Source: Octopus bimaculoides (lineage: Eukaryota). From it: a DNA stretch of 59,965 bases. How positions within the stretch are numbered: position 1 is the first letter of the stretch; every line of letters starts with the position of its first letter. The notes under the pieces are model-generated. The model was not told the origin of the DNA. It did not search any database and saw only the letters and a list, made by a program, of their open reading frames with translations. Shown piece by piece: positions 47,819-59,965 of the stretch. Location of the stretch: contig NC_068998.1 of NCBI RefSeq assembly GCF_001194135.2, forward strand, positions 25,785,759 through 25,845,723, in the 5' to 3' direction. Both the position numbers and the translations under genes were made by a program.

Positions 47819-50624
47819 AATATATATATACATATATTGGTAAAAAAAAACAATTACTCATGTGCACACACATGTGATTATGTTTCCATACAACGCACAC
47901 TTACGCTCGTATATTTTTGTACAAGTAGGATTACTTTAATATAACATGGTTTACTCATTCTTACATGATATAAATTATTTTCTGATGTGATTCACTCCAA
48001 CCCGTGCATGATAATTCGAAACAAATTCCATAAACATTTTCAAATCGATGAAGTTATGCAATAACAAATACAATAACAAATTCGTTAAGTTTCCTCACAA
48101 CCCTAAAACTCTTTAAAGTTTTCCCAGATTTAAATCCATTCCTGGCCTTCAAATAAGTAACAGTTATACACGTACGACCTCCGAAAAATACTCATAAATT
48201 AGCTGTGATAAACTATCCCACCTTTCAAAAACAAATATAATTTATAGTTATTTTTAAAAAGTTGCTCCATACGTAATTCTTGTGAATTTACTTATAAATA
48301 GAATATAATAGTTGTCTTTTAGCACTTTACTTATCAAGTCCCTCTACCTTTATTGCTTCCAACTTGCCTTTCCCTCGTTATTTAATGTTGCATACCAAAT
48401 TACGTGTATTGAGATATATCAATCGATAATGTAACATTGAAGACATCTGACGCGAGAATACAACAAATTATGTATGTCAGGAGACAATGAGATGTATTGA
48501 AGATTACTGATAATTTAATTTACAAGCCGATACAGCAGGCAATCAATGGAGAAAATCTTGATGACGCAACTTTCACAAAAAATGTATTCTGATTCTTCAA
48601 AACAATTCCATAAAGAATTAAACTTAATTTTTAGCGGAGTTTTGATGCTAACTCGAAGTTGGCTCTATTTCATCAAGCATATGCCTAAAATCCGTAACCT
48701 AACATGTCTTTTATATCTTTTATATACATGTACAGTATATCTAGGACAATATAATCCCATTTATCCCTCTTTCATTCGGTAAGGTGAGAATTAAATTTTA
48801 GCTCACATTTCTAATAAGGTTAGTGACCGCATGACAGATTCCTCGGGGACTGAGAGAGTGAAAGTTTCATGTCTTTTCTTCTTTGGCCAGAATAACACAA
48901 ATATAAGAGAATTGTTTTCAATTCAAAATGTTCGTCGTCACATTAAAGGTGTTTAAAGTGTGTTACTGGGAAGATCATATATTTTCCTACAGTCAGTTGG
49001 TATTTAGTGGTGCGAATTGGGTTAAAGCAGATTTTCAAAATGTTTGACAGTTGCTACTCTCCGGGAGAATAACATTATTTCTTCGATGTTTTCCAAAATA
49101 TTAATGAAAAGAAGGGAAGAAATGATAATTTTTGTTTCTTCTGCTTTCATTTGCAGAACTTCAGTTCTTCATTGTCTCTGTTTTCTCAATGCACGAGCAA
49201 TATTTGGTAAAGCTTGGCTAGTGGTGTGATTCCTTTATTGTAAACAGGTTGAACACATTTTTATGTAAATTTCCTTTCTGTTTTTACATGAACTCTAGCT
49301 ACTTCATTTAACAGAATATCTGAAAGAAATTTACTTTGCCAACCAGCGCAGAATTTCTTAACGCAATGAGATAAAAAGAAAGTTTGTTTTATACTTCCTT
49401 TTTCTCTTTTAGTCAATGCACGAAAATGCTTGAAGGATTTTTCTGTCCCGAAAATGTAATCGATTAGGATATGGTACATGTAATCTCGGATTTGCAAAGC
49501 ATCTATTGATGATAATGTTTCTCCAAAAGTAGAATACAGTGTTTACATAAGTTTAATGCAACAATATTCTTTTCCGGTGTAAAATCTACTATAAAATATC
49601 CGATTACTATACAACATATATTACACTAAGCGAGGGGGAAGGGGAGATAGAGAGGTAAAGAGAGAGGGAGTGAGAGGGAGAGAGGGTGAGTGATTATCTG
49701 CTTATTTTTATCTTTTTTCCTTTCAAGATACGGAAATATTTTTCGTTCCTCTCATTAATCGCTTTATTATTCATTTATTGTGAATTAATATTGCTGTCAG
49801 TTATAAACGTTGAAATCTGCTATTTCCTATAAGAAATGCCGTTCTAAATGTACTTAACAATTTGCAGTCTCTGAAGGGTTATTGTAACTGTTAAATGTTA
49901 TTGATATCCAAATATTCGTTTGAACATACATATATCGCCATTAATTGTAATGGAAACTGATGGATATTTCAAAATAGCTTCGAGAAATGTGTTGTTTAAT
50001 AATCAATATAGTCTTTAGACAAAGGTTTTAACTAAATTTATATTGACATCGACTGCTATTTTATTAATGCTCATGTTTTCTGACATATACAATGACAGAG
50101 ACTGAACATACATATCTATATAACGAACTTCGTGAGTTTGGATAAATTTGTATACTGTGCTGACAAGAATGAAACATATCAGAATATATATTCCGTCTGT
50201 GAAAAATTACTTGTTTCAATCATTTCCTTCGGAGAAAAGGGTGATTTCAAGAAATCAGTTTTCTTTCCTCCCTGCAGAATACTGTCCTATTTAGTCATGA
50301 ACGTTGCTGTATAATTTTATACCGCGACATACAGACTTTGAACTTATCTGCACAACTCATTAACTTCACTATACGATTTTTGCCAACACTGGCCACTGAT
50401 AGCGTTCATATTTACATTTCTATGGTTTTTCTATGCAAAAATGCAATACGAGTCTATTTTATATGTGAAATATATATAAAATTGAATCACAGATGGTGTA
50501 CATCATATTAATGATAGTTTCGTTAGTCGTCTATCTTAGTTATATTTTTATTTCACTAGTCTAAATCTATTGTTTAAAATATTAGTATCATAATAATGAT
50601 ATTTTTTCTATCTTCTTTCCTTTA

Positions 50625-50869
50625 TTTCTTTCAGTCATTCGACTGTGGACATGTTGTAGAGCCTCCTTGGAGAGTTTCATCGGAATGAATTATTGCTGTT
50701 TTTAAAGCTTGGTACACATTCTGTCGGTCTCTTTGCTGAGCCGCAATATCACGTGAACGTAAAGAAATCAACACAGGTTGTCAGATGGTAGTGGCGATGG
50801 TGGGAAAGCACAAACTCAAAGATACACACAAACACTCATAGATAAATAGACAGATAGATAGATAAACAA

Positions 50870-50900
<31 letters not shown>

Positions 50901-50922
50901 AACAGACAGACAGACACACAGG

Positions 50923-50979
<57 letters not shown>

Positions 50980-51125
50980 GGAGCTTCTTTGGGTTTCTGT
51001 CTACCAAATCCACACACAAGTCTTTGATCAGCCCAAGGCTATAGTAAAAGACACGGGAACAACAAGCCACGCAGTAATATTCCACCCGGAACTATGTGGG
51101 TTGAAAGCAAATTCCTATCACACAG
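50625..51125 (-). mobile_element. SINE family 2 with (GACA)n(GATA)n core
   Basis: Degenerate tail and head. Tetranucleotide core at 50820-50978. Confidence 0.8.
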
Positions 51126-51839
51126 ACATAGCAACACCTCACTTATTGAGTTTCATCAAGAGTTCGGTGACATATTTCCTACATTATCATGGTAAAGATT
51201 TAATTCTAAAAATCTTAAATGTATTCTGATGCCTTACAATTCTACAAGAAAAAAGGATCACGTAATCACTTGTCCTAAATGTTATGGGAACGAAATCAGT
51301 CACTATTAGATTCTACCGTTCTAGATAAAAACGCAATATAAAATGCTGCCAGGATTCATAGGAAATTTCCTTGTTGATCACGTTTGGAACGACATATTCA
51401 GCATAAAACAGCTCGGTCAGGAGCGAATAGTGGTAAACAATAACATCAAAATATGCTCTATATCTGATATACATGGTTTATATAGTTAGGATGTATATAT
51501 AATGTCTATGAATTTTAAGTGTACAGTTTTCATGATTTAAAACAATAAGTACTCGCATATTAAGCAAGGAAAAAAAAACCCATTTCAATATATAGTTACT
51601 TCTTCTTTTTACACAAATATGGATTACATGACAAAGTAAGTATGAAAGTGTTATTTTTAGACTTGCATTTCATAAGCAAACGTCACTTTCATGCAAAAGA
51701 AAATATTCACTTAATGATACACTTAATCGAGTTTCAAAACTTTTCCATCATATTAAATTGATAGATTAATTAAATGACTGACAAGTAACTCAGGAAGGCG
51801 TTCTACATATCAGACACAAATATATTACGTCCCATCTCA

Positions 51840-52239
51840 CAATAATTCTGCTTGTCATTGCGTTACTAAGCCCGTCGGTAACGCTTTCACGTGATTAGTT
51901 GACGGGAAAGAGAGGTGATAGAAAAAAAGAAAGAGAAAAAGAGGATAGGGCAAATAGGGGTCAGAAATCGGGAGAAAGAAAAAGGAGAAAGAAAAAGTAG
52001 GAGTAAAAAAAGGGGAAGAGAGAAGTGTCCATGACGTGAGGTGAGGGGAAAGTACTATTTATTATGTGATTTAAAAAGTTAGTTGAAGGTAAAGTTATAA
52101 TTTTAGCAGAGGTGTGATGTTCTGGTGGTGAGGTTAAAGAAGGCCAGAGAGAGAGTGAAAAAGAGGAGCAAGAGAGGAGAGAGTGAAGGAAGTGAAGTGG
52201 AAGAGAGAGGACAGAGAGGTGGTGGTGGTGGTGGTGGTG

Positions 52240-52285
<46 letters not shown>

Positions 52286-52440
52286 AGCTGGTGATGGTGA
52301 TGGTGGTGTTGGTGTTGGTGGTGGTGCTAGGGTTGTGGTGGTGGTGGCGACGGTGATAATTGGAGAGTGGAAAGTGTATTTTTATTTAATTGAACTAAGT
52401 TTTTTTATATCACCTATCATTTAACGCATGCGCATAAGTG
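51840..52440. promoter_or_regulatory. Candidate promoter / 5' UTR region
   Basis: CACGTG (51888-51893), TGACGTGA (~52032), NRF1-like CGCATGCGCA (52425-52434), GA-rich tract and (GGT)n(GCT)n triplets at ~52219-52350. No TE homology recognised. Confidence 0.35.
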
Positions 52441-53160
52441 CAATTCGTAAAATATTCACGCTTATTTACGTGGCAGATATATGCAATCTAAGTAAAGGTT
52501 TTATCATATTTTAGGGATATTTTTTTAATGGGAAAAATGGAAAGATAAGAGTGAATATTTATTTTATGAATGCTATGTATTAAGTCTATCAAATTGTGCT
52601 TTAAATATTTAAATTGTATCTATAAAGTGCATTAAGTAATCATCGTATTCCAATTTTTTTTTCGATTTTCAATGAGTAGCAGATGAGCCACTATCTGCTA
52701 CGCTTTCAGGATTTCAGAAACAACCCAATAGGTTTACCATCAATTCCGTGGAATATTCATGGGTCCATCTAGTATATTTATAATCAGGAGTTCAAAAACA
52801 AGTTATTATCTGAAATTATATATGCAGTTATTACTGAAAAACTCCAGTGACGGATTCTAATATATTTAAATCAATTGACGTAAGTAACACTCTCAAAGAT
52901 TATCTGAATAATAAACAGAATGTGTTATAGGAGTGAATCTGATCTTTAAGCTAACTGATTTTGGCGGACAGATAACAACATGAAGAATCTCATTTAATCG
53001 GAGTATTATATACATACATATATGCATACATGCATAATTACACGCATACATACTCGGATACATACATACACAGATCATGCCGTTGAATACAGATACGTTG
53101 ACATTGAAGACTATTTATTCTCCCAGATAATGAATTCANNNNNNNNNNGTGTGTGTGTGT

Positions 53161-53197
<37 letters not shown>

Positions 53198-53349
53198 CAT
53201 ATATGCATACATGCATAATTACACGCATACATACTCGGATACATACATACACAGATCATGCCGTTGAATACAGATACGTTGACATTGAAGACTATTTATT
53301 CTCCCAGATAATGAATTCAATCTCCTCTAATACTTATCTTTAATACAAG

Positions 53350-55030
53350 CATTGTAAAAGAAATGATTATCTTCTTAGAGCAAATGCAATGAGACCACTT
53401 ATTTTTAAAGATCGTAACAGTAATCAAACAGTGAAATATATACCACATGGAAAATTACTACACATAAAACAAGGCGACGAAAGAACGTGGGATGAACTAT
53501 CGCAGATCGCGGGACTATCGAGAAAAATTCGAACGGAACCATAACCTATACAGTTCTACAGAAAGGCTAGGGAAAATTTATTGATAGGCTACATGAGGTA
53601 ACTTAAAGAATATTGGGATAAGGCATATCCAATATTTTGAAATTTTAACAGGAACAATTACGTCAGCAAGCTAGAACTTTTGAAAACGAATATGACACTC
53701 AACTAAAACAAAATAATCGAGCCAAAAAGCCGAAACGACAAAATTCGTACTAACAACACAGTAAACGTTTTCCGTGAAGAGACTGTGAACGACAAGAAAC
53801 ACGACCAAAACGAAAACAACAATCTACCACTACACGGAGATATGGCAACCACTTATGACCTTACCAAGCAAGCGAGGAATATAAAATGCTGAAATCACAG
53901 ATTGCATTGAAGTTCAAGCAGAACGTCACTACTTGAATACATAAATCACTGCATAAGAGAACGATACCGACACGAGTTGGAAAATAAACACTGATGTTAT
54001 CCACGATCGACAGAGTAGCGAGAAAACAAGTAGCTCAAATTCAAGCTCCTGGTTTTTAGACATTAAATGCTCTGCGATATTGTGCCACTGTAACTGTGCA
54101 CCAAAAGATGGGAGCAAGAGAGACCGATCAAAAAGATAATACTGAACCAAAATTGATTTTCTCTCTCCAAAATAGCATCTACGAACGACATGATAGATTC
54201 TCCAAATTGTACGGGAACTGCCGCCAAGAAACAATTACAAGCTAACTGATAACATTCAAACACGATCTACGAGATTTAAGTGAAAAACTGTTATTGTAAA
54301 AGATTACATGAATGCATTATGATAAACTGCAAGTTTGCTCGAAACCCACAAGCAGTATTAAAGACGATAGCACCAAGGTAGTAGATGCTCCACCCCAGGA
54401 AGACCTAAAATCATTTTGGCAGGGAATCTGAAATGTAATCAAAGAATACAATCGCTATGCAACATGGTTATACGAACTACAAAACGAGTATTGTGTAAAT
54501 GCTTCACCTTAAATCACCAGTGAAACACTACTGAGGGACTACTCTTATCTCCAAGAACAAAGAGACCTATGTGGCCCAAAATTATAGGCCCACACCATGT
54601 TTGAATGTTATGCACAATCTGTACACAAGTTCTCTGAATATGTTTTTCTAGGACACTGCCAAACAAATGCTGTGATATTTGACGAATAGCTCCTCCACAA
54701 CAAAGCTGTCCTTAAGGAAATCAAGCAACATCACCGTAATCTCTTATTAACATGGCCAGACTACAAGAAGGTGTTTGATTCTATACCACACTCATGGATG
54801 ATAGAATCACTACACCTTACTAAAGTACCAACTGTTATGGTGAACGCTATTGAGGAACTGACCGCAACATGGTCCACACTATTATCACTGACATCTTCCA
54901 AAACAACAGCTATTGCTACAAAGAGAATTAAGCTATCAATAAGGAATATTCCAGAGGGATAGTTTATCTGTAATATTATTTGTACTGACAATGAGCCTTT
55001 TCTCAGCCCTGTTAACAAAATACCAAAGCT
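53350..55030 (+). mobile_element. R4/Dong-like LINE remnant (N-terminal region to mid-RT)
   Basis: GYMR.LKEYWDKAYP; SFWQGI..EYNRYATW; TWPDYKKVFDSIPHSWMIESL; GIFQRDSLSVILFVLTM, resembling WIDYKKAFDS.PH.W and GIFQGDSLSP..F. Confidence 0.8.
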
Positions 55031-55880
55031 ACATGCTGGGAAATGCAGAAAAGAATAAAATTAATGATGTCCACATTAATTGTTGTTATACTCTAGCTAT
55101 ACACTATAATTGATATTATAGAAGTTGATTTATTTATCTGTGGTTTTTAGATTTTAAAATAGGTAGGAGCTTGTATCTTCTAACTGTACCATATTTGTGA
55201 TAAGACTTTTGTCTTTTTTTAACAAGAACATCACTGTAGTTTCCTTCTGTATTCTTATTCCATCCATTTCTTATTCCATCCATTTCTTATTCCATCCATT
55301 TCCTCAGAGCAATATAATTTGTGGTTTACATAACTATGACATTTTGAATGCCACTAATGTGTCCAGCTGATAAATTCTGATTTTCTTTAGGCGCCATATA
55401 TTTATTCCGCACAAGCATTTAGTTGCATTTAAAAAAAAAATGTTAAAATATTCAGCGGTAATCTCTCCTAATCTTCGAACAGAAGACAGGGTTAGTGTAA
55501 TGTCTACTGTCGGGAACGTTTGTTATCTGGACAGTAGATAGATATACATTTCTACCATTACAGTTGATCCTGCATTATTGTTCAAATACAGATATTACAG
55601 ATATCACAACATTCCAAATCATTATTAGAGTTGCATTCAAAACAGAATAATTCATCACCTCAGAAAATGAACGGATCGCATATGTCTCTCTTTTTTTCTA
55701 AAGCTCTTTAAAAAGATATTTTAACTTGAAATATCAAAAGCAGTTACCTGTTTTTATGACATAATTTCAACATTTTTATGATGGATATTTATTTCTATTT
55801 ATCTGTATGTACTGCTCTAGATTTCTATAATACAATCAATATCTGCTCAAACCACATTATATCAAATAACCTACAATAGT

Positions 55881-56097
55881 TATGATCGGCCATTATTACG
55901 ATTGACCGTTGACTGAACACTATTCAATTTTTTTTTTTTTTTCCGTGTTTTTCTCCTTGTCTCCGTATTCTTTCTGTTGAAGAGCGTAGCTCGAAACGTC
56001 AAAGACTTTCCGTATTCCCGAGCGTCATACTAATATATACTTTTGTTATTTACACCACCTGTCCTCGTCTGTTGTTATTTTTTGTATATTCTCCTAC
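55881..56097 (+). mobile_element. PLE-A 3' terminus (second copy) with hammerhead-like core
   Basis: Near-identical to 1-200. TTGAAGA at 55977-55983; GAAAC at 55993-55997. Confidence 0.6.
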
Positions 56098-56929
56098 AAT
56101 AGTGGCCTGCAACAAACTGAATATTTTTCAGGTGTTTTACATTTTTTTCAACTATAAACCCAGTAATATTGGGGACATTCTTGATCTGGAAGTTGCAGGA
56201 CTGCTGTCCAATTGTGTGATTTGAATAACCATATTGATTTAATTCCCACCAAGGTGCCTCTGTGTATGGATTACAAAGCAGTTACAATGCCTTACTACTA
56301 TGGTTCAATTCCTGACGTTTTCGATGGAAGAAGAACAAATTTCATTAGTTTAAGATGTGCAACTGGCTGGTCGAAAGTACATTTGTCAGCAAACTTTAAA
56401 GTTCTTTCTTCCACCTCGAAGAACTTCGGATGACAATGGGAACAGTCATTTTCTACAGGTTAGACCATTAAAAATAATCTCTTTGTTAAATTATCTCAAC
56501 TGTATAGTCAATAGTTTTCCCACAAATGATTCACATTCCTTGCCTTACGTGCTTTTAGTCAGTTTGTTATGTCAATATATAACATATTGGAATCGCAAAT
56601 AAGTTTAACTGTATCCTTTTATTCTTATTTATCTAGCTCCCATTTCTCTATTCTATATCGAAGGAAACATTAACATGTATAAGGACACTCGAACACAATA
56701 AAATCTCGCTTGAATTGTAGATGTGGTCATACTGCGTATGATTCGCAGGTAAAAATGTATGTCTTTTGTAATCTGCGTTGAAGTTAGTGTTTTTTATTCG
56801 ACTATAAATTTCTGGAATATGATGTTGAGTCTTGCTTTCCCATTTTAGATAGGAATTCTTCTTTGTTTAAACTTCTGCTACATCTAGTGACATCTGGGAT
56901 AGGAGTGATCCAGAAACGAGTTATTACTA

Positions 56930-57050
56930 GACGTGTCATTGGTGAAATATGGAATAAAGCATTCTCGATAACAGAAACTTTTCCAGATAATTTTCTTATG
57001 TTATATGTATTGGCATTATACATGCATCTATGTATAATTCTGCCTTCTCG
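56930..57050 (-). mobile_element. Possible RTE-type LINE endonuclease N-terminal remnant
   Basis: NANTYNIRKLS resembles the APE start TYNVRTL; otherwise weak. Confidence 0.3.
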
Positions 57051-57404
57051 GAGACAGTTTATATTCATCATATATGAAACATTTTCTTTTTTCTGCTGAT
57101 ATAATAACAGATTCATACAGTGCAGCAATTGACAAGTCGTTATTTTTCCCCTCAGCTGCCATTTTTCCCTTCTTTATACCACTCATGAATGAGAATGATT
57201 TTTTAGTATTGATTTATCTGCCCTATAAATAGTGAGATGACATGTGAGTTCACTTTGTATACAGTAGCGTTAAGTTCATTCTTCTATAAGACACTTTCTA
57301 CACAAAGTTTAATTGTGTTCAACTCAGTCAAACGGTTTTACCAAAAAAAAAAACATGCACAAACTCACACACAAGCACTCACACACAAACACTAACTCAC
57401 ACAC

Positions 57405-57416
57405 ACAGATAGATAA

Positions 57417-57464
<48 letters not shown>

Positions 57465-57465
57465 C

Positions 57466-57499
<34 letters not shown>

Positions 57500-57500
57500 T
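57405..57500. repeat. (GATA)n microsatellite
   Basis: Directly visible. Confidence 0.95.
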
Positions 57501-57999
57501 TGATATTGATATTTGAATAAAGCGGATACATATTTTCGATATTGACACACACCGTGAGTTAAATAGTGACAACTATAAGGCTCCTGCTGTTTCAAAACGA
57601 TTCATTTTGGAGGAAATAGGCGAATTGTGTCGATACTGAAAGCAACAAAATAGCGGCCATTTTTGATCATTGAACAGCATCCTTTTACAAATTTCATTGC
57701 GATAGAAAATTTATTTCTTAATGAACATCATTTCAAAATTTAAATACGAGATATATTTAAATTATGAAAATTGTAAGAATAAGCTCAATAAATTTAACTC
57801 TTCATGTGGGTTGTTTATAAGTACGAAGCATTTTCATATTTGAGGCAAGTATGTATACTTTCATTTGCATATCAAATCATATATAAGTTCGATTTTATGC
57901 TACATTTCACCACACTTTAAATGAAAACTCTCTCTTGTTTATAGAGCTGATAGAAATTGAAAAGAAAAGGCGAAAGAAGATCTTCACAAACGTAAAGTG

Positions 58000-58345
58000 T
58001 TCTGTCCACTTTGAAATTTTAACTCGAAACCAAACGATAACAAAGAACTAGTGCAGCAGCTTGAGCGGCTGAAGTCAGCGCTAGAAGAAAAACGAGCGTC
58101 TTTGTTTTCAAGAAAAATGGTGTTCTTCCATCAGGATAATGCTCGGCTACATACGGCGAGGCTGACATTCCAAAGGCTGGAGCAATTTGAATGGAAAACG
58201 ATTCCCCCCACCCATATTTGTTGGGCATTGTTCCATCGGATTATTATTTATTCCGCAGTCTTCAAAATGATTTGGACGGAAAAAATATGAATTCTGTAGA
58301 CGAGGTCAGAACAGTACTGGAGGAGCATTTTTCATGACGGACAAG
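58000..58345 (+). mobile_element. Mariner transposase C-terminal remnant (different subfamily from 15160-16465)
   Basis: VHFEIL..QLERLKSALEEKR..VFFHQDNARLHTARLTFQRLEQFEWK..PSDYYLFRSLQNDLDGK. Confidence 0.85.
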
Positions 58346-59229
58346 TGTTTTTAGGAAGATAGATAGATTGATAGATATATTATTGTAACTGGAATTACGA
58401 AATTAACATGCAGTTTCAGTAAAGTACATACTCTAACATATGGCTTGAAAATATTCCTCTCTCATTGGTGTACACTATCCAACACTCAAAGATACACGCA
58501 TACACACACACACACACTCACACACGTGTGTGTATGCGTGTCTAACGAGTAGGTATGATATACACTTACAGTGAAAGCGAACAGCATTTTCTACCGGTAT
58601 GATATAACATTAAACATTACTGGAATGTTATGAACGAAGTATTTCATAAAAACTACAAATGCAATCTTCCTGCACTAAATTTTTATTTTCATTTTATTAT
58701 ATTATTTGCATTAATGTAAAGTTCGCTCTGTATGTTGTGTTAATATTCAATAAGGAAGAATTTACCTGAGAATACTTAGATAATTTTATCGAGCATGTAT
58801 GAAACAATACCGTCGTAACATTCCATCCATTCTAAGTGAAAATAGATAGATGTTTAATATCTAGCATTTTGTAGAATTGATATTACCAAACTATCTGTGT
58901 GTTTGAATTGTATCCATTCTCTCGTTAGATCATCGTTCAGATTGAGTACTTGAACATATTTTGATGTAATTAAGCTAATAATAGGGTACTGACAAATTCA
59001 CAAGCCTTTAGTCTATGAGCAAAATCCGATGCTTTTTTAAGCACTTATTCCAATTTTTAAGCACTTATTCCAATATTTTGGACATTTCAGTTATATATGG
59101 TAACAGTATATACATTATATGTTATTTCGAATTACTCAATCACGGCTGGAAATGAAATTCTTTCTTATTTAACTTTGAAGGAGATGTTTCTACAATAACT
59201 AGCAATGTTTAAAAACAGAAATACTAGTA

Positions 59230-59770
59230 GAGGAGACAGACACTGGACATCGCTCTGTTCGCAATTTAAACTCGGCGAGGAGTTGTATTGTTTCTGTGGA
59301 GCCAGATCTACTGGAGACGATCTATATCAAACATTAATGGCCTGCCGGGTACACTTATTCTTTCATAAATGATACTAAACATTAGCTCGTTCTACTCCAC
59401 CTAACCATATCCAACACCAAAATGCTTTGATCCCAGGAAAGGAGACTCTCAAAGGATACTTCATTTGATCCATGTTCATATTTTCAGTTTGTGCAGCAAA
59501 AATCATCAGAACTATTTGTATCAAGACGTTATCATCACACCGTATTTCATCTCCAACATCAGCAGTACTCAACATTACTAAGAATTGTGCATAAGGTTAG
59601 GCCTCAAAACCATGGAAGATTTCTCCAGAAGAAAACACATTCTTCATTTAATTATGATCCTATCACAAAAAATATCTCTCCTCAACAGAGCCACAATATA
59701 TTATAGCCTACAGAAATTGATGATGCTCTACAAATCTCGGACGCGGCCCAGCATATAATATTGTTCCGAT
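59230..59770 (+). mobile_element. L2-like LINE RT C-terminal remnant
   Basis: YKSRTRPSI*YCS resembles YK.QIRP.MEYC.HIW; upstream degenerate DD.L and K..LG segments. Confidence 0.55.
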
Positions 59771-59879
59771 ATGCGGGACAATAACCTCTCACACATAATG
59801 TGTAGTACCTGTCGCTCAGTGTTTCTAGGTGTAAGTATATACGAATGTCAGTGTGCGCATGTGAATGTCGGTCTGTGTG

Positions 59880-59930
59880 TATATGTGTGTGTCGTATGCA
59901 TGTATATATACATATATATATATAAATATG

Positions 59931-59965
<35 letters not shown>
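59880..59965. repeat. (TG)/(TA)n microsatellite at window end
   Basis: Directly visible. Confidence 0.9.

Noticed and set aside
51860-51930. HDV-like ribozyme interpretation of the pseudoknot
   Set aside because: Only 11 nt lie inside P1, too few for P2+P3+L3; no P1.1, P4 or catalytic C junction.
52125-52424. Poly-Gly/poly-Ala ORF resembling a transcription-factor N-terminus
   Set aside because: Starts at GTG, is made of simple repeats and has no recognisable domain or splice donor; more likely UTR or promoter.
52676-52701. 9-bp hairpin gtagcagat/atctgctac
   Set aside because: Short stems of this size occur by chance in 60 kb; no U-tract or known RNA motif.
53008-53319. 130-bp direct duplication (53008-53138 and 53189-53319)
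   Set aside because: Copies appear identical and straddle a 10-N gap, so it is most likely an unmerged contig overlap.
55253-55303. 17-bp unit x3 (ttcttattccatccatt); also a 20-bp x2 at ~59037-59075 and a 9-bp x3 at ~39860
   Set aside because: No spacers and eukaryotic context: slippage minisatellites, not CRISPR.
56140-56470. Protein-like ORFs at 56212..56433
   Set aside because: No splice signals or motif recognised on either strand; possibly an old TE, not assignable.

Overview
AT-rich, microsatellite-dense, repeat-saturated metazoan genomic DNA from a gapped draft assembly (five N-gaps). The tRNA-derived SINE families and (TA)n/(CA)n/(GATA)n load look like a cephalopod, probably Octopus; this is inferred from recalled repeat families, not a database match. 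I cannot identify any host protein-coding exon with confidence, so the window is probably intronic or intergenic. Nearly all recognisable coding signal is decayed transposon. Retroelements: at least three Penelope-like element (PLE) families, two kinds of restriction-like-endonuclease LINE (HERO-like and R4/Dong-like), and CR1-like and L2-like LINEs. DNA elements: several mariner/Tc1 copies (one near full length), a FLYWCH-MULE, a Helitron 3' end, a Chapaev-like remnant, and a hAT-type MITE with an 8-bp TSD. About 20 SINE copies are also present. Most ORFs in the supplied track are microsatellite read-throughs. The most interesting items are structural: a ~630-bp-arm inverted repeat (25814-27435), a ~115-bp-arm foldback (6800-7040), a perfect 19-bp hairpin (13127-13176), several hammerhead-ribozyme-like cores tied to PLE ends, a 346-bp-period direct repeat containing such a core, a PLE nested in a SINE's microsatellite core, and an H-type pseudoknot-shaped motif in a promoter-like region. 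All identities are by-eye estimates.
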